DNA of 64,000 bases. Origin: an uncultured Candidatus Berkelbacteria bacterium. Its GTDB lineage: Bacteria > Patescibacteriota > UBA1384 > UBA12157. The notes beneath the pieces are model-generated. The model saw only the letters and a list, made by a program, of their open reading frames with translations, was not told the origin of the DNA and did no database searches. Below, in pieces: positions 39,294 through 48,880 of the stretch. A program made the position numbers and the translations under genes. Positions within the stretch are counted from its first letter, which is position 1, and each line of letters begins with the position of its first letter. The stretch lies in the NCBI GenBank assembly GCA_903877885.1, contig CAIRFN010000006.1, positions 3,342-67,341 on the forward strand, given 5' to 3'.

Positions 39294-40070
39294 ATGACTA
39301 AACTACCCTCAATTACCAAAACACAAGAAAATATTATCCAACTCATCTATCGCTTCAGATTTCTTAATCGAATCCAAATACAAAAATTACTCAAAATTAA
39401 ATCGGTCAGTAAACTCAATTACTATCTAAAAGACCTGACCGAAAAAGAATATCTTAAGCGATCACATGAAGATACGTTCCCAAACAAACTTCGGCCGGCC
39501 GTTTACCATATCGGCCCAAACGGGATCCGGTTTTTGAGATCGCAAGATAATTGCGAAGCCGAAGCGATCAAGAATCTTTATCGGGAAGATAATCGATCAA
39601 GCAGTTTTAGGGATTGTTGTCTTCTGCTGGCCGATATTTACCTCGGATTTGAAAACCGCCAAGACAAAGATGTCCAATCGATCATGCAGATGAGAAGCGA
39701 TTATCCGGCCCATCCGCTCAAAGATATACTTAGCGATCTCAAGCCTTCCGCCTATGTTGCCCAAAAGAAATCTGGCAAGACTAAACGGTCCTTTTTGGAA
39801 ATTTTGTACGATCTGCCGGATCAATATTTAAGGCAAAGAATAAAGCAATATCTTAAATTTTATCGAGGAAGCGTTTGGGAATCAGAAACGAAAACGGATT
39901 TCCCGACGATTATGATCGTCTGCCCCAATGACAGAGTTCTGGCCTACGTCAGACATTACGTCAAAACAAAGCTCGCACAATTCGACGGATCGGATTTGAT
40001 CATCGATTTGACCACGTCCGATAAGGTTAAAGAGTTTGGCCTTACCAGTGATATTTGGAAGAAAATTTAA
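39294..40070 (+). CDS. Hypothetical protein with N-terminal winged-helix region (possibly replication-relaxation-like)
   Basis: 258 aa; ...ENIIQLIYRFRFLNRIQIQKLLKIKSVSKLNYYLKDLTEKEYLKR HTH-like N-terminus. A weak call. Confidence 0.3.
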   Translation: MTKLPSITKTQENIIQLIYRFRFLNRIQIQKLLKIKSVSKLNYYLKDLTEKEYLKRSHEDTFPNKLRPAVYHIGPNGIRFLRSQDNCEAEAIKNLYREDNRSSSFRDCCLLLADIYLGFENRQDKDVQSIMQMRSDYPAHPLKDILSDLKPSAYVAQKKSGKTKRSFLEILYDLPDQYLRQRIKQYLKFYRGSVWESETKTDFPTIMIVCPNDRVLAYVRHYVKTKLAQFDGSDLIIDLTTSDKVKEFGLTSDIWKKI

Positions 40071-40086
40071 GCAATAAATTTCGCTT

Positions 40087-40794
40087 GTGTTTCTATCGGC
40101 GATAAAATTTGCTATAGTTTGGGCAAGAAAGGATAATATGGAAATATTCGTTGAAGAATATCTGGCGAAATCGGTGCCGAATACAAAACAGTGGGTTGAA
40201 AAAATTATTGACAAATGCGCCAGGAGAATAAAATTTAAGGATGCCAAAATCGGTGTTTTTCTAACGCCGGGATCGAATGGCTTGGAAGATGTCAACGGTA
40301 TCGGAGGGTACTGCCCTTCGAGCGCTCTTGTCGAGATAAGCGTCGATTTAAATCATCCGAATTTTGATTTTGATTCGCTTAAATTAACTTTGGCTCACGA
40401 ACTTTACCATCTCGCGCGCCGACAATCGGGAATCAAAATCGGCGAGAGTACGGTTTTAGAATGCCTAATCAGCGAAGGGTTGGCCGATCGATTTGTCTAC
40501 GAAACTTACGGATTAACACCCGTCTGGATTTCTAAACTAGGTGGAACGGATGCGGCCAAGTTACTAAAGAAAATATCCCCAATTTTGGATGAAAAAATTG
40601 ATGATGAAATTTACAACGATTGGTTTTTAAGCGGTTCAAAGAAACTAGGCGTTGCTAAATGGTCGGGCTACTCGCTTAGTTACGCGTTAGTGTCGCAGAT
40701 ATTAAAGAAGGATAAAAAGTTGAATTCCATATCATTTTTAGATGTTCCCGCGAAAGAAATCGCCGATATAACCACTTTGTATGATAAAGTATGA
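40087..40794 (+). CDS. HExxH-motif protein (putative zinc-dependent peptidase, DUF2268-like)
   Basis: LAHELYHLARRQ contains HELYH (HExxH); 235 aa. Confidence 0.4.
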   Translation: MFLSAIKFAIVWARKDNMEIFVEEYLAKSVPNTKQWVEKIIDKCARRIKFKDAKIGVFLTPGSNGLEDVNGIGGYCPSSALVEISVDLNHPNFDFDSLKLTLAHELYHLARRQSGIKIGESTVLECLISEGLADRFVYETYGLTPVWISKLGGTDAAKLLKKISPILDEKIDDEIYNDWFLSGSKKLGVAKWSGYSLSYALVSQILKKDKKLNSISFLDVPAKEIADITTLYDKV

Positions 40795-40845
40795 ATTTCA
40801 ACCACAAAAAAAGCCCGGAAGTCTGGAAACTCCCGAGCCTTTTAA

Positions 40846-41178
40846 TTAGTACTCTTTGGCAAGCATTATAGTCACAACCCGTTTGCATGTATCTGAAAGC
40901 GGATCCTCAAAATGTGTTAAAGTCGGATCAAAGTAATCGATCTTCCAAAGTACTCTTTGACCTTTCCAATCAAAATATCCCAAATCGTGCCAGCCGTAAA
41001 AATCATCATGCTTGTTAAACTTATTAAAAGAACGGACTGCATAAAGCAATTCTTCAATATCCGGTAATTCAGCCGCCTTGTTAGTTAATACAACATTTAA
41101 ACCTAGCTGTCGGGCAACATCGTTGCGCCTCGCCATCTCTTTGAACTTATTTTCCTGATTATCCATTTTAACCTCCAA
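40846..41178 (-). CDS. Uncharacterised protein, paralog of the adjacent ORF
   Basis: 110 aa; shares ...LLxAVRxFxxFxxxDDxYGxHDxG...WxxQRVxWKIDYxD...DPxSxxCxRxxTxMLAxEY with the 41240..41650 ORF. Confidence 0.45.
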   Translation of the reverse strand: MEVKMDNQENKFKEMARRNDVARQLGLNVVLTNKAAELPDIEELLYAVRSFNKFNKHDDFYGWHDLGYFDWKGQRVLWKIDYFDPTLTHFEDPLSDTCKRVVTIMLAKEY

Positions 41179-41239
41179 TAATTAAATTAAATTAAAGAAA
41201 AAGGCCTGAAAGTCACCACAACTTCCAGGCCCTCATCTC

Positions 41240-41650
41240 TCAATACTCCTCAGCCAGCATCACCGTTAACCTGCGCTGGCACTCCGGAGATGTCGGGTCT
41301 TGCCAATAGCCCAATGATTGATCGTAGTAATCAATCTTCCAAAAAACTCTTTCCCGCTGCCAAATGAGCGAACCGAAGTCATGCTCACCATAGGGATCAT
41401 TGTCATCGGTAAACCGATCGTAATCGCGCACCGCGGCTAGTAACCCTTCGGGATCCGGTAAGTCCCGTGCTCCAGAAGTCATTAACACTCCATATCCCAT
41501 CCTACGGAACCCATCGTTCTTTTGCGCCACGTCCAAAGTTTGTACACAGTTCATTTTGACCTCCATTCTATTATCTTTAATCTCAAGAACAAGCGTATCG
41601 ACCTTCCGCCTGTCGACTGGAAGGCAAGGACAGCACGCTAAAATAGTCAA
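41240..41650 (-). CDS. Uncharacterised protein, paralog of the 40846..41178 ORF (N-terminally extended)
   Basis: 136 aa; C-terminal 100 aa align with the neighbouring ORF. Confidence 0.45.
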   Translation of the reverse strand: MTILACCPCLPVDRRKVDTLVLEIKDNRMEVKMNCVQTLDVAQKNDGFRRMGYGVLMTSGARDLPDPEGLLAAVRDYDRFTDDNDPYGEHDFGSLIWQRERVFWKIDYYDQSLGYWQDPTSPECQRRLTVMLAEEY

Positions 41651-41833
41651 GGTGGAGTCCTACCTTAATGAAAGTATTTAATAGTCAAAAGAACCGACCT
41701 TGACGATTTTAGACCTGTCCTTACGATGGGAAGACTGGGCGGAAGAAAAGAAACCCACCATTGACAAAATCTTGACGCCAGTGATGGGGGGGTAAAATGA
41801 AAATAGGAAAGCTATTAAAAAAGGAGTAACAAT

Positions 41834-42214
41834 ATGTCAAATTTAGAAAGTGAACAAGGAGAATTTAAATCAGAAGAAGAAAGACAAGCCGCAGAAGGTT
41901 TTGAAGCACCGGTTAATGGCCAACAAGAAATCAAAGAAACTGAAAATATCACTGTCCCGGAAAGAAATGGAAGAAATTTTATTCAGTCTATGCGAGAAAA
42001 ATTTCCCAAGATATCCGATGAAGACAAAAAAGCAATTACGGCAGGCATCCTGAGTGGTCTTATGGCGGTTACGGGAGTTGGCATGGCTCTTGGCGCAGGC
42101 ATTGATAAAGGGCTTACCGGAGCAGAAGCAATAGAGTTGGCTTCAGCTGGTGCTGGTTTTATGATGACGGGAATAATTGCATTAGGATCATTAGGGCAGA
42201 GAAGAACGCAATAA
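41834..42214 (+). CDS. Small acidic protein with Gly-rich hydrophobic C-terminus
   Basis: 126 aa, RBS AAAGGAG; N-terminal GEFKSEEERQAAEGFE motif shared with the 43444 ORF. Confidence 0.4.
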   Translation: MSNLESEQGEFKSEEERQAAEGFEAPVNGQQEIKETENITVPERNGRNFIQSMREKFPKISDEDKKAITAGILSGLMAVTGVGMALGAGIDKGLTGAEAIELASAGAGFMMTGIIALGSLGQRRTQ

Positions 42215-42227
42215 AAAGGAGATTATA

Positions 42228-42530
42228 ATGAACAATGATTTGAATTTAATCGAATTATCAAATAAAACTAAAAATGTACTAGTATCGGTTGGTTTTTCAG
42301 AAGAAGAAGCGAACAACCAATTAATGGACTTGTCGGAAATTATTACATCCGCTTTTGCTCAAAAAATGACAGACAAATCACTGTTAAACAACCCCGAAGA
42401 GACAAGAAGAATATTTTTTGAAACCGCTAAACCAATAGTTAAAGAATATCTTCAGAATATTAGTCAAAGTCTGAACGACGACGAAAAGAAAAAGCTATTT
42501 GATCAAATTAATAACTTGCCCGAAAAATAG
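42228..42530 (+). CDS. Hypothetical small protein
   Basis: 100 aa, RBS AAGGAG; no recognisable motif. Confidence 0.35.
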   Translation: MNNDLNLIELSNKTKNVLVSVGFSEEEANNQLMDLSEIITSAFAQKMTDKSLLNNPEETRRIFFETAKPIVKEYLQNISQSLNDDEKKKLFDQINNLPEK

Positions 42531-42561
42531 ATAAACGACGAAAATAAAGAAGGAGACAAAG

Positions 42562-43428
42562 ATGGGCGAATCACTGGGCTACATGCCAGAGGAAGAAATT
42601 GCAAAATTTGAAAAAGAACCTACGCAAGCTGAGCAACCTGTCGGGAATGAGCCCGGCGACCGGTTTGACGAACTTTTACTTGAACAGTTAGGACAATTTG
42701 AAAGAACTCAAACAGAACAGTTTCAAGCTACGAATGAAAGTTTGGAAAATTTTGTCAGAGAAATTAATGAAAAATTTTCTGCCGAAGATCAGAGAGAAAT
42801 CTACGATGCACTAACTTTAATGTTTACTCTGCATATTTATCAAAAAGATCGGCCAGAAGGAAGCCCTTATGTCAGTCACCCTCTGGCTGTTGCCCAAAAA
42901 GCCATCGGTATGTCGCCCAACCCGGACAAAGGATTGGTTATCGCAGCCTTAATGCATGATTCGGTTGAAGATCAAGCCGATAAATTAGCGTCTCTGACCG
43001 AGCAGACTGACACATCTCTAACGGACGAGCAAAAAGCTTTGACGGAAATTCAAACCAAATACGGTGAGAGAGTGGCAAATATTGTCTCACATCTATCAAA
43101 TCCCGATTTTGATGCCGTTTTAGCTAGTCAAGGTATTACCAAAGAAAATTCTCAATATAAAGAATTAAAAAATAAACTTTATGCCGAACATGTAGCGGAA
43201 GCCATTGAAGATCCTGATGTTTTGCGGATTAAATTGGCGGATTTTTCCGAAAACGCTTTAAAATTATCAAAATTACCAACCGAGACAGATGCTCAGATAA
43301 AGCAAAAACAAAAATATATTGATAAATACGTGCCGGTTATGAAAATTTTCGCCGATCGCCTGCAACGCGACAATCTTTTTCCGGAATATCAAACAGCATT
43401 AATTGAAGAATATAACAAATTAAAATAA
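42562..43428 (+). CDS. RelA/SpoT-type HD-domain protein (small alarmone hydrolase-like, (p)ppGpp pyrophosphohydrolase fold)
   Basis: ...YDALTLMFTLHIYQKDRPEGSPYVSHPLAVAQ...VIAALMHDSVEDQ matches the SpoT/Mesh1 HD motifs (HxxQ…YxxHP…HD…ED). Confidence 0.65.
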   Translation: MGESLGYMPEEEIAKFEKEPTQAEQPVGNEPGDRFDELLLEQLGQFERTQTEQFQATNESLENFVREINEKFSAEDQREIYDALTLMFTLHIYQKDRPEGSPYVSHPLAVAQKAIGMSPNPDKGLVIAALMHDSVEDQADKLASLTEQTDTSLTDEQKALTEIQTKYGERVANIVSHLSNPDFDAVLASQGITKENSQYKELKNKLYAEHVAEAIEDPDVLRIKLADFSENALKLSKLPTETDAQIKQKQKYIDKYVPVMKIFADRLQRDNLFPEYQTALIEEYNKLK

Positions 43429-43443
43429 CTAAAAAGGAGAAAA

Positions 43444-44067
43444 ATGTCAATTGAAGACAATGGCGAGTTCAAGTCTAAAGAAGAAAAACAAGCGGCCGAA
43501 CAGTTTGAATTAGAACAAGAGAATACTTCTTCACAAAACGAATTACAAACAGATCCTGTACTCGGTGAAGTCGATGCTTTTCTTGAAAGATGCAGATCAG
43601 GGCTTTCACAAGAAGAATCTAAACGTACAGGCAACGGATCAATCATATCTGAAATTCGTAATGCTACTCAAGAATGGAAAGATTTAGCCGCCAAATACAA
43701 TGAGTTATCCAATCAGATTCAAGGAGAAGATAGGACTGCGACAGAAGCAGAGTGGTCTGAACTAAATAAACTACAAAATAAGATAACTAAAAAACAAGCA
43801 GAAGCTATCTCAAATTACAATAAAGTTGCTAACGGCCTTTTACTGCCAAATAAAACAGAGCAGCATTCTAGAGGTGAAGCAGAAAAATCAAGACAAGAGG
43901 TTGACGATGCATACTGGCATATGCGACATGCCGAGCTTAATGGCGATCCCGATGATTTAACCGAGGCAAGATCTAATTACAAAAAATTATCCGAGGAACA
44001 TCAAACTCGTTCAAGCGATGTCAGACAAGACGAGAGAGATTTCGACGATCAAATGTCTGGAAGATAA
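43444..44067 (+). CDS. Hypothetical acidic protein (shares N-terminal motif with the 41834 ORF)
   Basis: 207 aa; MSIEDNGEFKSKEEKQAAEQFE... Confidence 0.4.
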   Translation: MSIEDNGEFKSKEEKQAAEQFELEQENTSSQNELQTDPVLGEVDAFLERCRSGLSQEESKRTGNGSIISEIRNATQEWKDLAAKYNELSNQIQGEDRTATEAEWSELNKLQNKITKKQAEAISNYNKVANGLLLPNKTEQHSRGEAEKSRQEVDDAYWHMRHAELNGDPDDLTEARSNYKKLSEEHQTRSSDVRQDERDFDDQMSGR

Positions 44068-44086
44068 CAAATAGAGAAGGAGAAAA

Positions 44087-44602
44087 ATGGACGAACAGCA
44101 AAATGAAAAAGAGCAAGCTTCGTTTGAAGAAAGCTTGAGCGATGAGCAAAGAAAAAAAATGGCAGGACAGATTACCGAATTGGGTGGCCAATTGCATGAC
44201 GAATGGCGCGCACCAAGAAAACAAGAAGACGGCACATTCGAGCCGCGAATAAAAACGACAAAAGATCAAGCTTGGATTGAAAAAAACGGAACCGACCAAA
44301 TAGATATCGCAAATAACTCTTATGAAAATTTACCGGAAGATTGGAAAGGCGAAAACAAAGCTTCAGCCGAAGTAGCAATTCCGGAAATTTATAAAGCTAT
44401 TTCTGAAGGAAAAGAATTAGATGATCAATTTATTGAAGAAACGAGCGATATAATTCATCAAAAATGGCTTGAGAGAAACGGTAGCTGGGCTCCCGCAGAA
44501 CAAAATAAACCATATGCGGAACTTTCCGAAGAAGAAAAAGAAAAAGACCGCGCAATTGTCAGAAAAGCGGTTGAAACTTATAAAGAAAACGCTACCAACT
44601 AA
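44087..44602 (+). CDS. Hypothetical acidic protein
   Basis: 171 aa, RBS GAAGGAG; followed by a terminator. Confidence 0.4.
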   Translation: MDEQQNEKEQASFEESLSDEQRKKMAGQITELGGQLHDEWRAPRKQEDGTFEPRIKTTKDQAWIEKNGTDQIDIANNSYENLPEDWKGENKASAEVAIPEIYKAISEGKELDDQFIEETSDIIHQKWLERNGSWAPAEQNKPYAELSEEEKEKDRAIVRKAVETYKENATN

Positions 44603-44623
44603 AGATAAAAACATGTAAATTGA

Positions 44624-44666
44624 CCCGCAAAGTAAATCGCAAGATCGAAATGCGGGTTTTTGTTTT
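44624..44666 (+). terminator. Rho-independent terminator
   Basis: ACCCGCA...TGCGGGT stem + TTTTGTTTT. Confidence 0.55.
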
Positions 44667-44893
44667 GGCCTGTTTGTTTTATAAATGTCATTTTTAGATC
44701 TAAGCCGTAAATGACATTTTCCGCGAGAGCGAGCCGAAGCGAGATCTCTATACAATTAGAAGACAGGTGGAAGAAAACCCTTGATTTTTCTTGAATTATC
44801 CGTAGCTTTTCGCTACGATAAGATTGAGATTATTATACAAAATCATTTGATTAATTCTGGTGGATTCCCTGAAACAATAAGGAGAATAAAAGG

Positions 44894-47800
44894 ATGGGTG
44901 AATTTCAAAATCATAGTGTAGAATTTGATAATTTAGGTGGATTAACTTCTGAAGATCGGCAAGCAATTTTGATGCGAGGCGATTTAAGAAAGCGCAGTCA
45001 AGAACTCAAGGTTAACGCGCTTAATTTAAATCCACCAGAAAGTACGCCTGAACACAAAGCTTACTACGAACGAATTTTATCTTTAGTAAACCGTGAGGCA
45101 GATGGCGAAGAAAAGATGGATCCAGCTCAAGCCGAAGCCACTTTGGATGAAAAAGAAAAAGGTATGCGTGTTAAGATCGCCACCATGGGAGAAATTGCTC
45201 CTAACTTTGGCGGCTACTTGTATGCTAACTTAGCAAAATATGAGCAACTTGCCGGACAAGATTTTTCAGAGGATTTATCCAAATCAAAAGAATACATGGA
45301 CCGAGCGACTCATATTCCAAAACTCGTGCCTTCAAACCTGCTGCCGGATGCAATTACGCTTGGTATTCAAAAAAGATTTTTAGATACTCAAGAATTGCCA
45401 AGCAAAGAAAAAATTGCTCAAGCCGCCCAAATGGATCCAGAACTTATTAAATCATATGCTTTAGTTCTCCATGAAAATGAACGTGAAGATTTTCTAAAAC
45501 TTATCCCTGAGGATCAACGCCGCCAGATTGGTATTGAACTAGACACATCGGTGTCGAGTGTTTTACACCAATCGTTAATTGAAAAAAATACACCAGAAGA
45601 AGAGCAACGCCGCCAAGTCAGAATGCGTTTATTTAGAGAGTTAAGAAGCTCTCTATCAGAAACTGATCCGTCGGACAAAAAAACAGTTCAATTAATGGGT
45701 GAAGCTTTAGGAACTCTTGGCGAAGATGCCAGACAGTTGATCTTGGAACTCATTCGGGATGAAACGGATAGTCGAGAAGAAGGTGTAGATAGACAAACAG
45801 ATCATTTGCCCCGAATCATGAAAGTGATGATAGATAATTTTGATGATTGGCGTGGCAACGATATTATTTTGCAAACAGCAGCGTCTCCAGAATTAAATCA
45901 TCATATGTCTATTTATCTATTTGGCAAACTGGTAGATAAAGGATACTTACCAAAAGATGTTGCCGATTGGTGGAACACAAGAAAAACAACTGCTTCCAAT
46001 GAGGGTCGTGAGCCAGATGATGAAAAATTTAGGCTCGATATCCTAAAAGGTACGGTTGATGAATTAGGAGTTATTCCTAATAAAGAAATTTTGGAATTCA
46101 TTTCAAAGGATGAAAACTGGCAAGGTGATGATGGGCAAACAGTTCCGGTTTCCGAGCGTTTTGAAAGAATTGCCTCATCTCAAGCAGAATTCAGTGGAGT
46201 TAAGTCTAACAGTGAGCTAGTAGATTTACTAAAAAATAATGAAAACAAAGCGATGATTTATTTCCTTCTTCACGGCGGAGATGATCGCTTTAATTTAATT
46301 AACAATTATAGTTTTGATAAATTTAAGGAAATGCTTGGACTTATATCCGATTTGGAAATAAATGAACGACCGATTCAAAGTTTCAAAGAAACCTTGCTAA
46401 ATTCTGGAATGAACGAGGGTCAAGCAAATGATGTTATTACCAGACTAAGAGCAGGCCATTTTCCACTGCCAAATTCACAACAGGCATATCAAGAGGTTAG
46501 CTTTGAAATCTCGGAAAATGCTGCTTTAAATAATGCTAACGGCGAAATCGGTCAGGTTTTGGGTAAAGATCAGTTGGGCGTGGTTTTAACTTTCCCAATG
46601 TATCGTGAATACTTGGAAGCCGACGGGAGCGAACAAGCACAAGAAATGTTTGCCAGAATGCAGCAAGCCACTACTTTTACCGACAGACAGGCAATAATTG
46701 CCGAGATAAACGGATTATATCCGGATTTTCAAGAGAGAATTAAAAACGATTTGCAAGATTCTTGGATTAAATTCGGCGATAAAATGGTTATTGAAACAAC
46801 TCTGGATCAAGTTTTAACCAGCGATCAAATCCAGATTCATGGCGAAGAATTATTGCCTAAACTAGATGCTAAAAGAATTGATTTAAAACGCATAAATAAA
46901 GAATTGCTTATTGCCTTAAAGAGTGAAAATAGAAATGTTTCGGATCTAAACAGTGAAATTTCTCGTAAAAAGAAAGCCAGAACTGGCCTTGAACAAGGAT
47001 TGGCCAGGCAAACTGATGTAGGCAAGCGCGGTGAGCTTCAAAGAAAAATTGACGAAATCGATTCAGATATTGCTAACTTAGAAACTCGTCGTGCTGCAGT
47101 TGGAGAAATGAAAGTTGATGATCGTTTTACGGGATTAAGCAAGGAAGAAAAAGAGGCTGAAGTTGATCGCTTAAGCCAAGAAATAATTGCTTTGACCGAA
47201 AAAAGCCCGAGCGCGATTTTTACATTCATTACCATGCAGGTTTTAGGCGAACAAAGGTTAAGAGAAAACGATATTACTTTAGTCAAAGAAATGGAAAGCC
47301 ATTTGCAGGGACCGTTTCAAACTATCAATGATGTTCTGACCTATGAACGACCAAAAACAGAAAGCAAAAAACGAACCCGTGTTGGTTTACAATATTTGGA
47401 TAAAGTTGATCGTTTGGCAACTATGGTCCGTTTTGCCGACAGTAAAATTTGTTGTTTTTCCAGCTCTAATTATGAGATGCGGGTTCAACATAATACGCCT
47501 AATAAAATTTGGGTGGCTTCGATTAATAAAGACCCAATGAGTTTTGTTCTTTCGATGGAAATGCCTCAAGTCCAAACTGATCAACCAGGCAAAAAGGTAA
47601 ATGAAAACATCGGGTTTATCTTTGGCAGTTTTGCTCAAGATAATGAGGGCAAACTTGGCGTCATGATGAACGGCATTTACTACGCCCCTGGCATTGAAGA
47701 CGCAAGACAAGTCGAACAAATTATGGGTGGAGTTGAGAAAATTTTCGAGGGCTTACCCATTAATACCGAAGTGATAGCAACCCAATATGGCGGTTCAGTT

Positions 47801-47986
47801 AAAATGCCGGAGAGTTTTTCAACGGAACCGATTGAGATGACACGATTAAGAGCTATTGACGACGGTCGTGGTAGGCCGGAGTCAATGATATATGATGATT
47901 TGGCGACTGGTACCGATTTAAACAAACCTCATATGTATGGCGGCTCCGCTTGGCACAGATCGCTAGAAGGTAGGACTAATGGGTGA
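44894..47986 (+). CDS. Large hypothetical protein (1030 aa) heading the tandem paralog array
   Basis: Long ORF with a good RBS (AAGGAGAATAAAAGGATG); its stop overlaps the start of the first paralog. No domain recognisable by eye. Confidence 0.5.
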   Translation: MGEFQNHSVEFDNLGGLTSEDRQAILMRGDLRKRSQELKVNALNLNPPESTPEHKAYYERILSLVNREADGEEKMDPAQAEATLDEKEKGMRVKIATMGEIAPNFGGYLYANLAKYEQLAGQDFSEDLSKSKEYMDRATHIPKLVPSNLLPDAITLGIQKRFLDTQELPSKEKIAQAAQMDPELIKSYALVLHENEREDFLKLIPEDQRRQIGIELDTSVSSVLHQSLIEKNTPEEEQRRQVRMRLFRELRSSLSETDPSDKKTVQLMGEALGTLGEDARQLILELIRDETDSREEGVDRQTDHLPRIMKVMIDNFDDWRGNDIILQTAASPELNHHMSIYLFGKLVDKGYLPKDVADWWNTRKTTASNEGREPDDEKFRLDILKGTVDELGVIPNKEILEFISKDENWQGDDGQTVPVSERFERIASSQAEFSGVKSNSELVDLLKNNENKAMIYFLLHGGDDRFNLINNYSFDKFKEMLGLISDLEINERPIQSFKETLLNSGMNEGQANDVITRLRAGHFPLPNSQQAYQEVSFEISENAALNNANGEIGQVLGKDQLGVVLTFPMYREYLEADGSEQAQEMFARMQQATTFTDRQAIIAEINGLYPDFQERIKNDLQDSWIKFGDKMVIETTLDQVLTSDQIQIHGEELLPKLDAKRIDLKRINKELLIALKSENRNVSDLNSEISRKKKARTGLEQGLARQTDVGKRGELQRKIDEIDSDIANLETRRAAVGEMKVDDRFTGLSKEEKEAEVDRLSQEIIALTEKSPSAIFTFITMQVLGEQRLRENDITLVKEMESHLQGPFQTINDVLTYERPKTESKKRTRVGLQYLDKVDRLATMVRFADSKICCFSSSNYEMRVQHNTPNKIWVASINKDPMSFVLSMEMPQVQTDQPGKKVNENIGFIFGSFAQDNEGKLGVMMNGIYYAPGIEDARQVEQIMGGVEKIFEGLPINTEVIATQYGGSVKMPESFSTEPIEMTRLRAIDDGRGRPESMIYDDLATGTDLNKPHMYGGSAWHRSLEGRTNG

Positions 47987-48878
47987 AAATTTAGAGCCTT
48001 TTGAAATTCAACGCGAGGCATTAGCTGAAAGATTAAAACTCAAAGAACAATGGGAGTCACAGATTAGTATTCTTAATGAAACAGGAATTCTACAATTGCT
48101 CCCAGAAAGTCAGGAGCTAGGGATCGTTGGTATTGATGGTGAAGAATATCCAATTCCAGATTATAAAGAAATCATAGATCGTCTTACACCAGAAAAAGCA
48201 CAAATTCTGGAGCAGAAAATTGAACAAGGGTTTAGTAAAATGCTATTAGTGCCTTTTGGTATGTCCATGGAGACCTTAGCTCAAAGGTACAGAGAAGTAG
48301 TTCTTAAAAAAAGTAATGAAGAAACTCTTTTGGATACTGATGGTTTAAGGATTGAGTTAGACAAAAATAACCCCTTCCCAAACCTAATATCCCTGAACAC
48401 TGACATCGATAAAAGACTGTCCTACTATCCAAGTAATTTTGAGGAGCAAGAGGGCTTCACTAAGTCTGAGATACTCAGTAGAGGTGCCGGGTTTAAGATC
48501 GAGTTTATCGAGGATCGACCAGACTTATCTGATAACCGGCAAGCTCAAGGTGGAAGATTCAGTCCACCATCCAGGAGTATGCCAGCCAGGTATCTAGAGA
48601 TAATCCAGAACGATGAAAACATGTCGAATGAACAAGGATGGACGATGGAAACGTGGTTAACATATGCTATTACGAATTTAAAAGAAAGAAACCAACAAAT
48701 TGATAGTAATCGTTGGGGAAAGTTTTCTTGGCTTTTGGGCGCCTATTTCCCAGCACAAGCTCCTAGTGTGCCAATAGTGATGTATGCAGGTTGGTCTAAA
48801 GGCAAAGCAGAATTATTTAGTGGTGAATTTGATGATAGGTCAACCAACGCTAGTCTACGTACTTCAGTGGAGATATAA
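47979..48878 (+). CDS. Tandem paralog 1 of the 7-member family (no variable repeat)
   Basis: Conserved N-terminus LEPFEIQREALAERLKLKEQWESQISILNETGILQLLPESQELGIVGIDGEEYPIP; C-terminus ...ASLRTSVEI. Confidence 0.6.
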   Translation: MGENLEPFEIQREALAERLKLKEQWESQISILNETGILQLLPESQELGIVGIDGEEYPIPDYKEIIDRLTPEKAQILEQKIEQGFSKMLLVPFGMSMETLAQRYREVVLKKSNEETLLDTDGLRIELDKNNPFPNLISLNTDIDKRLSYYPSNFEEQEGFTKSEILSRGAGFKIEFIEDRPDLSDNRQAQGGRFSPPSRSMPARYLEIIQNDENMSNEQGWTMETWLTYAITNLKERNQQIDSNRWGKFSWLLGAYFPAQAPSVPIVMYAGWSKGKAELFSGEFDDRSTNASLRTSVEI

Positions 48879-48880
48879 CT

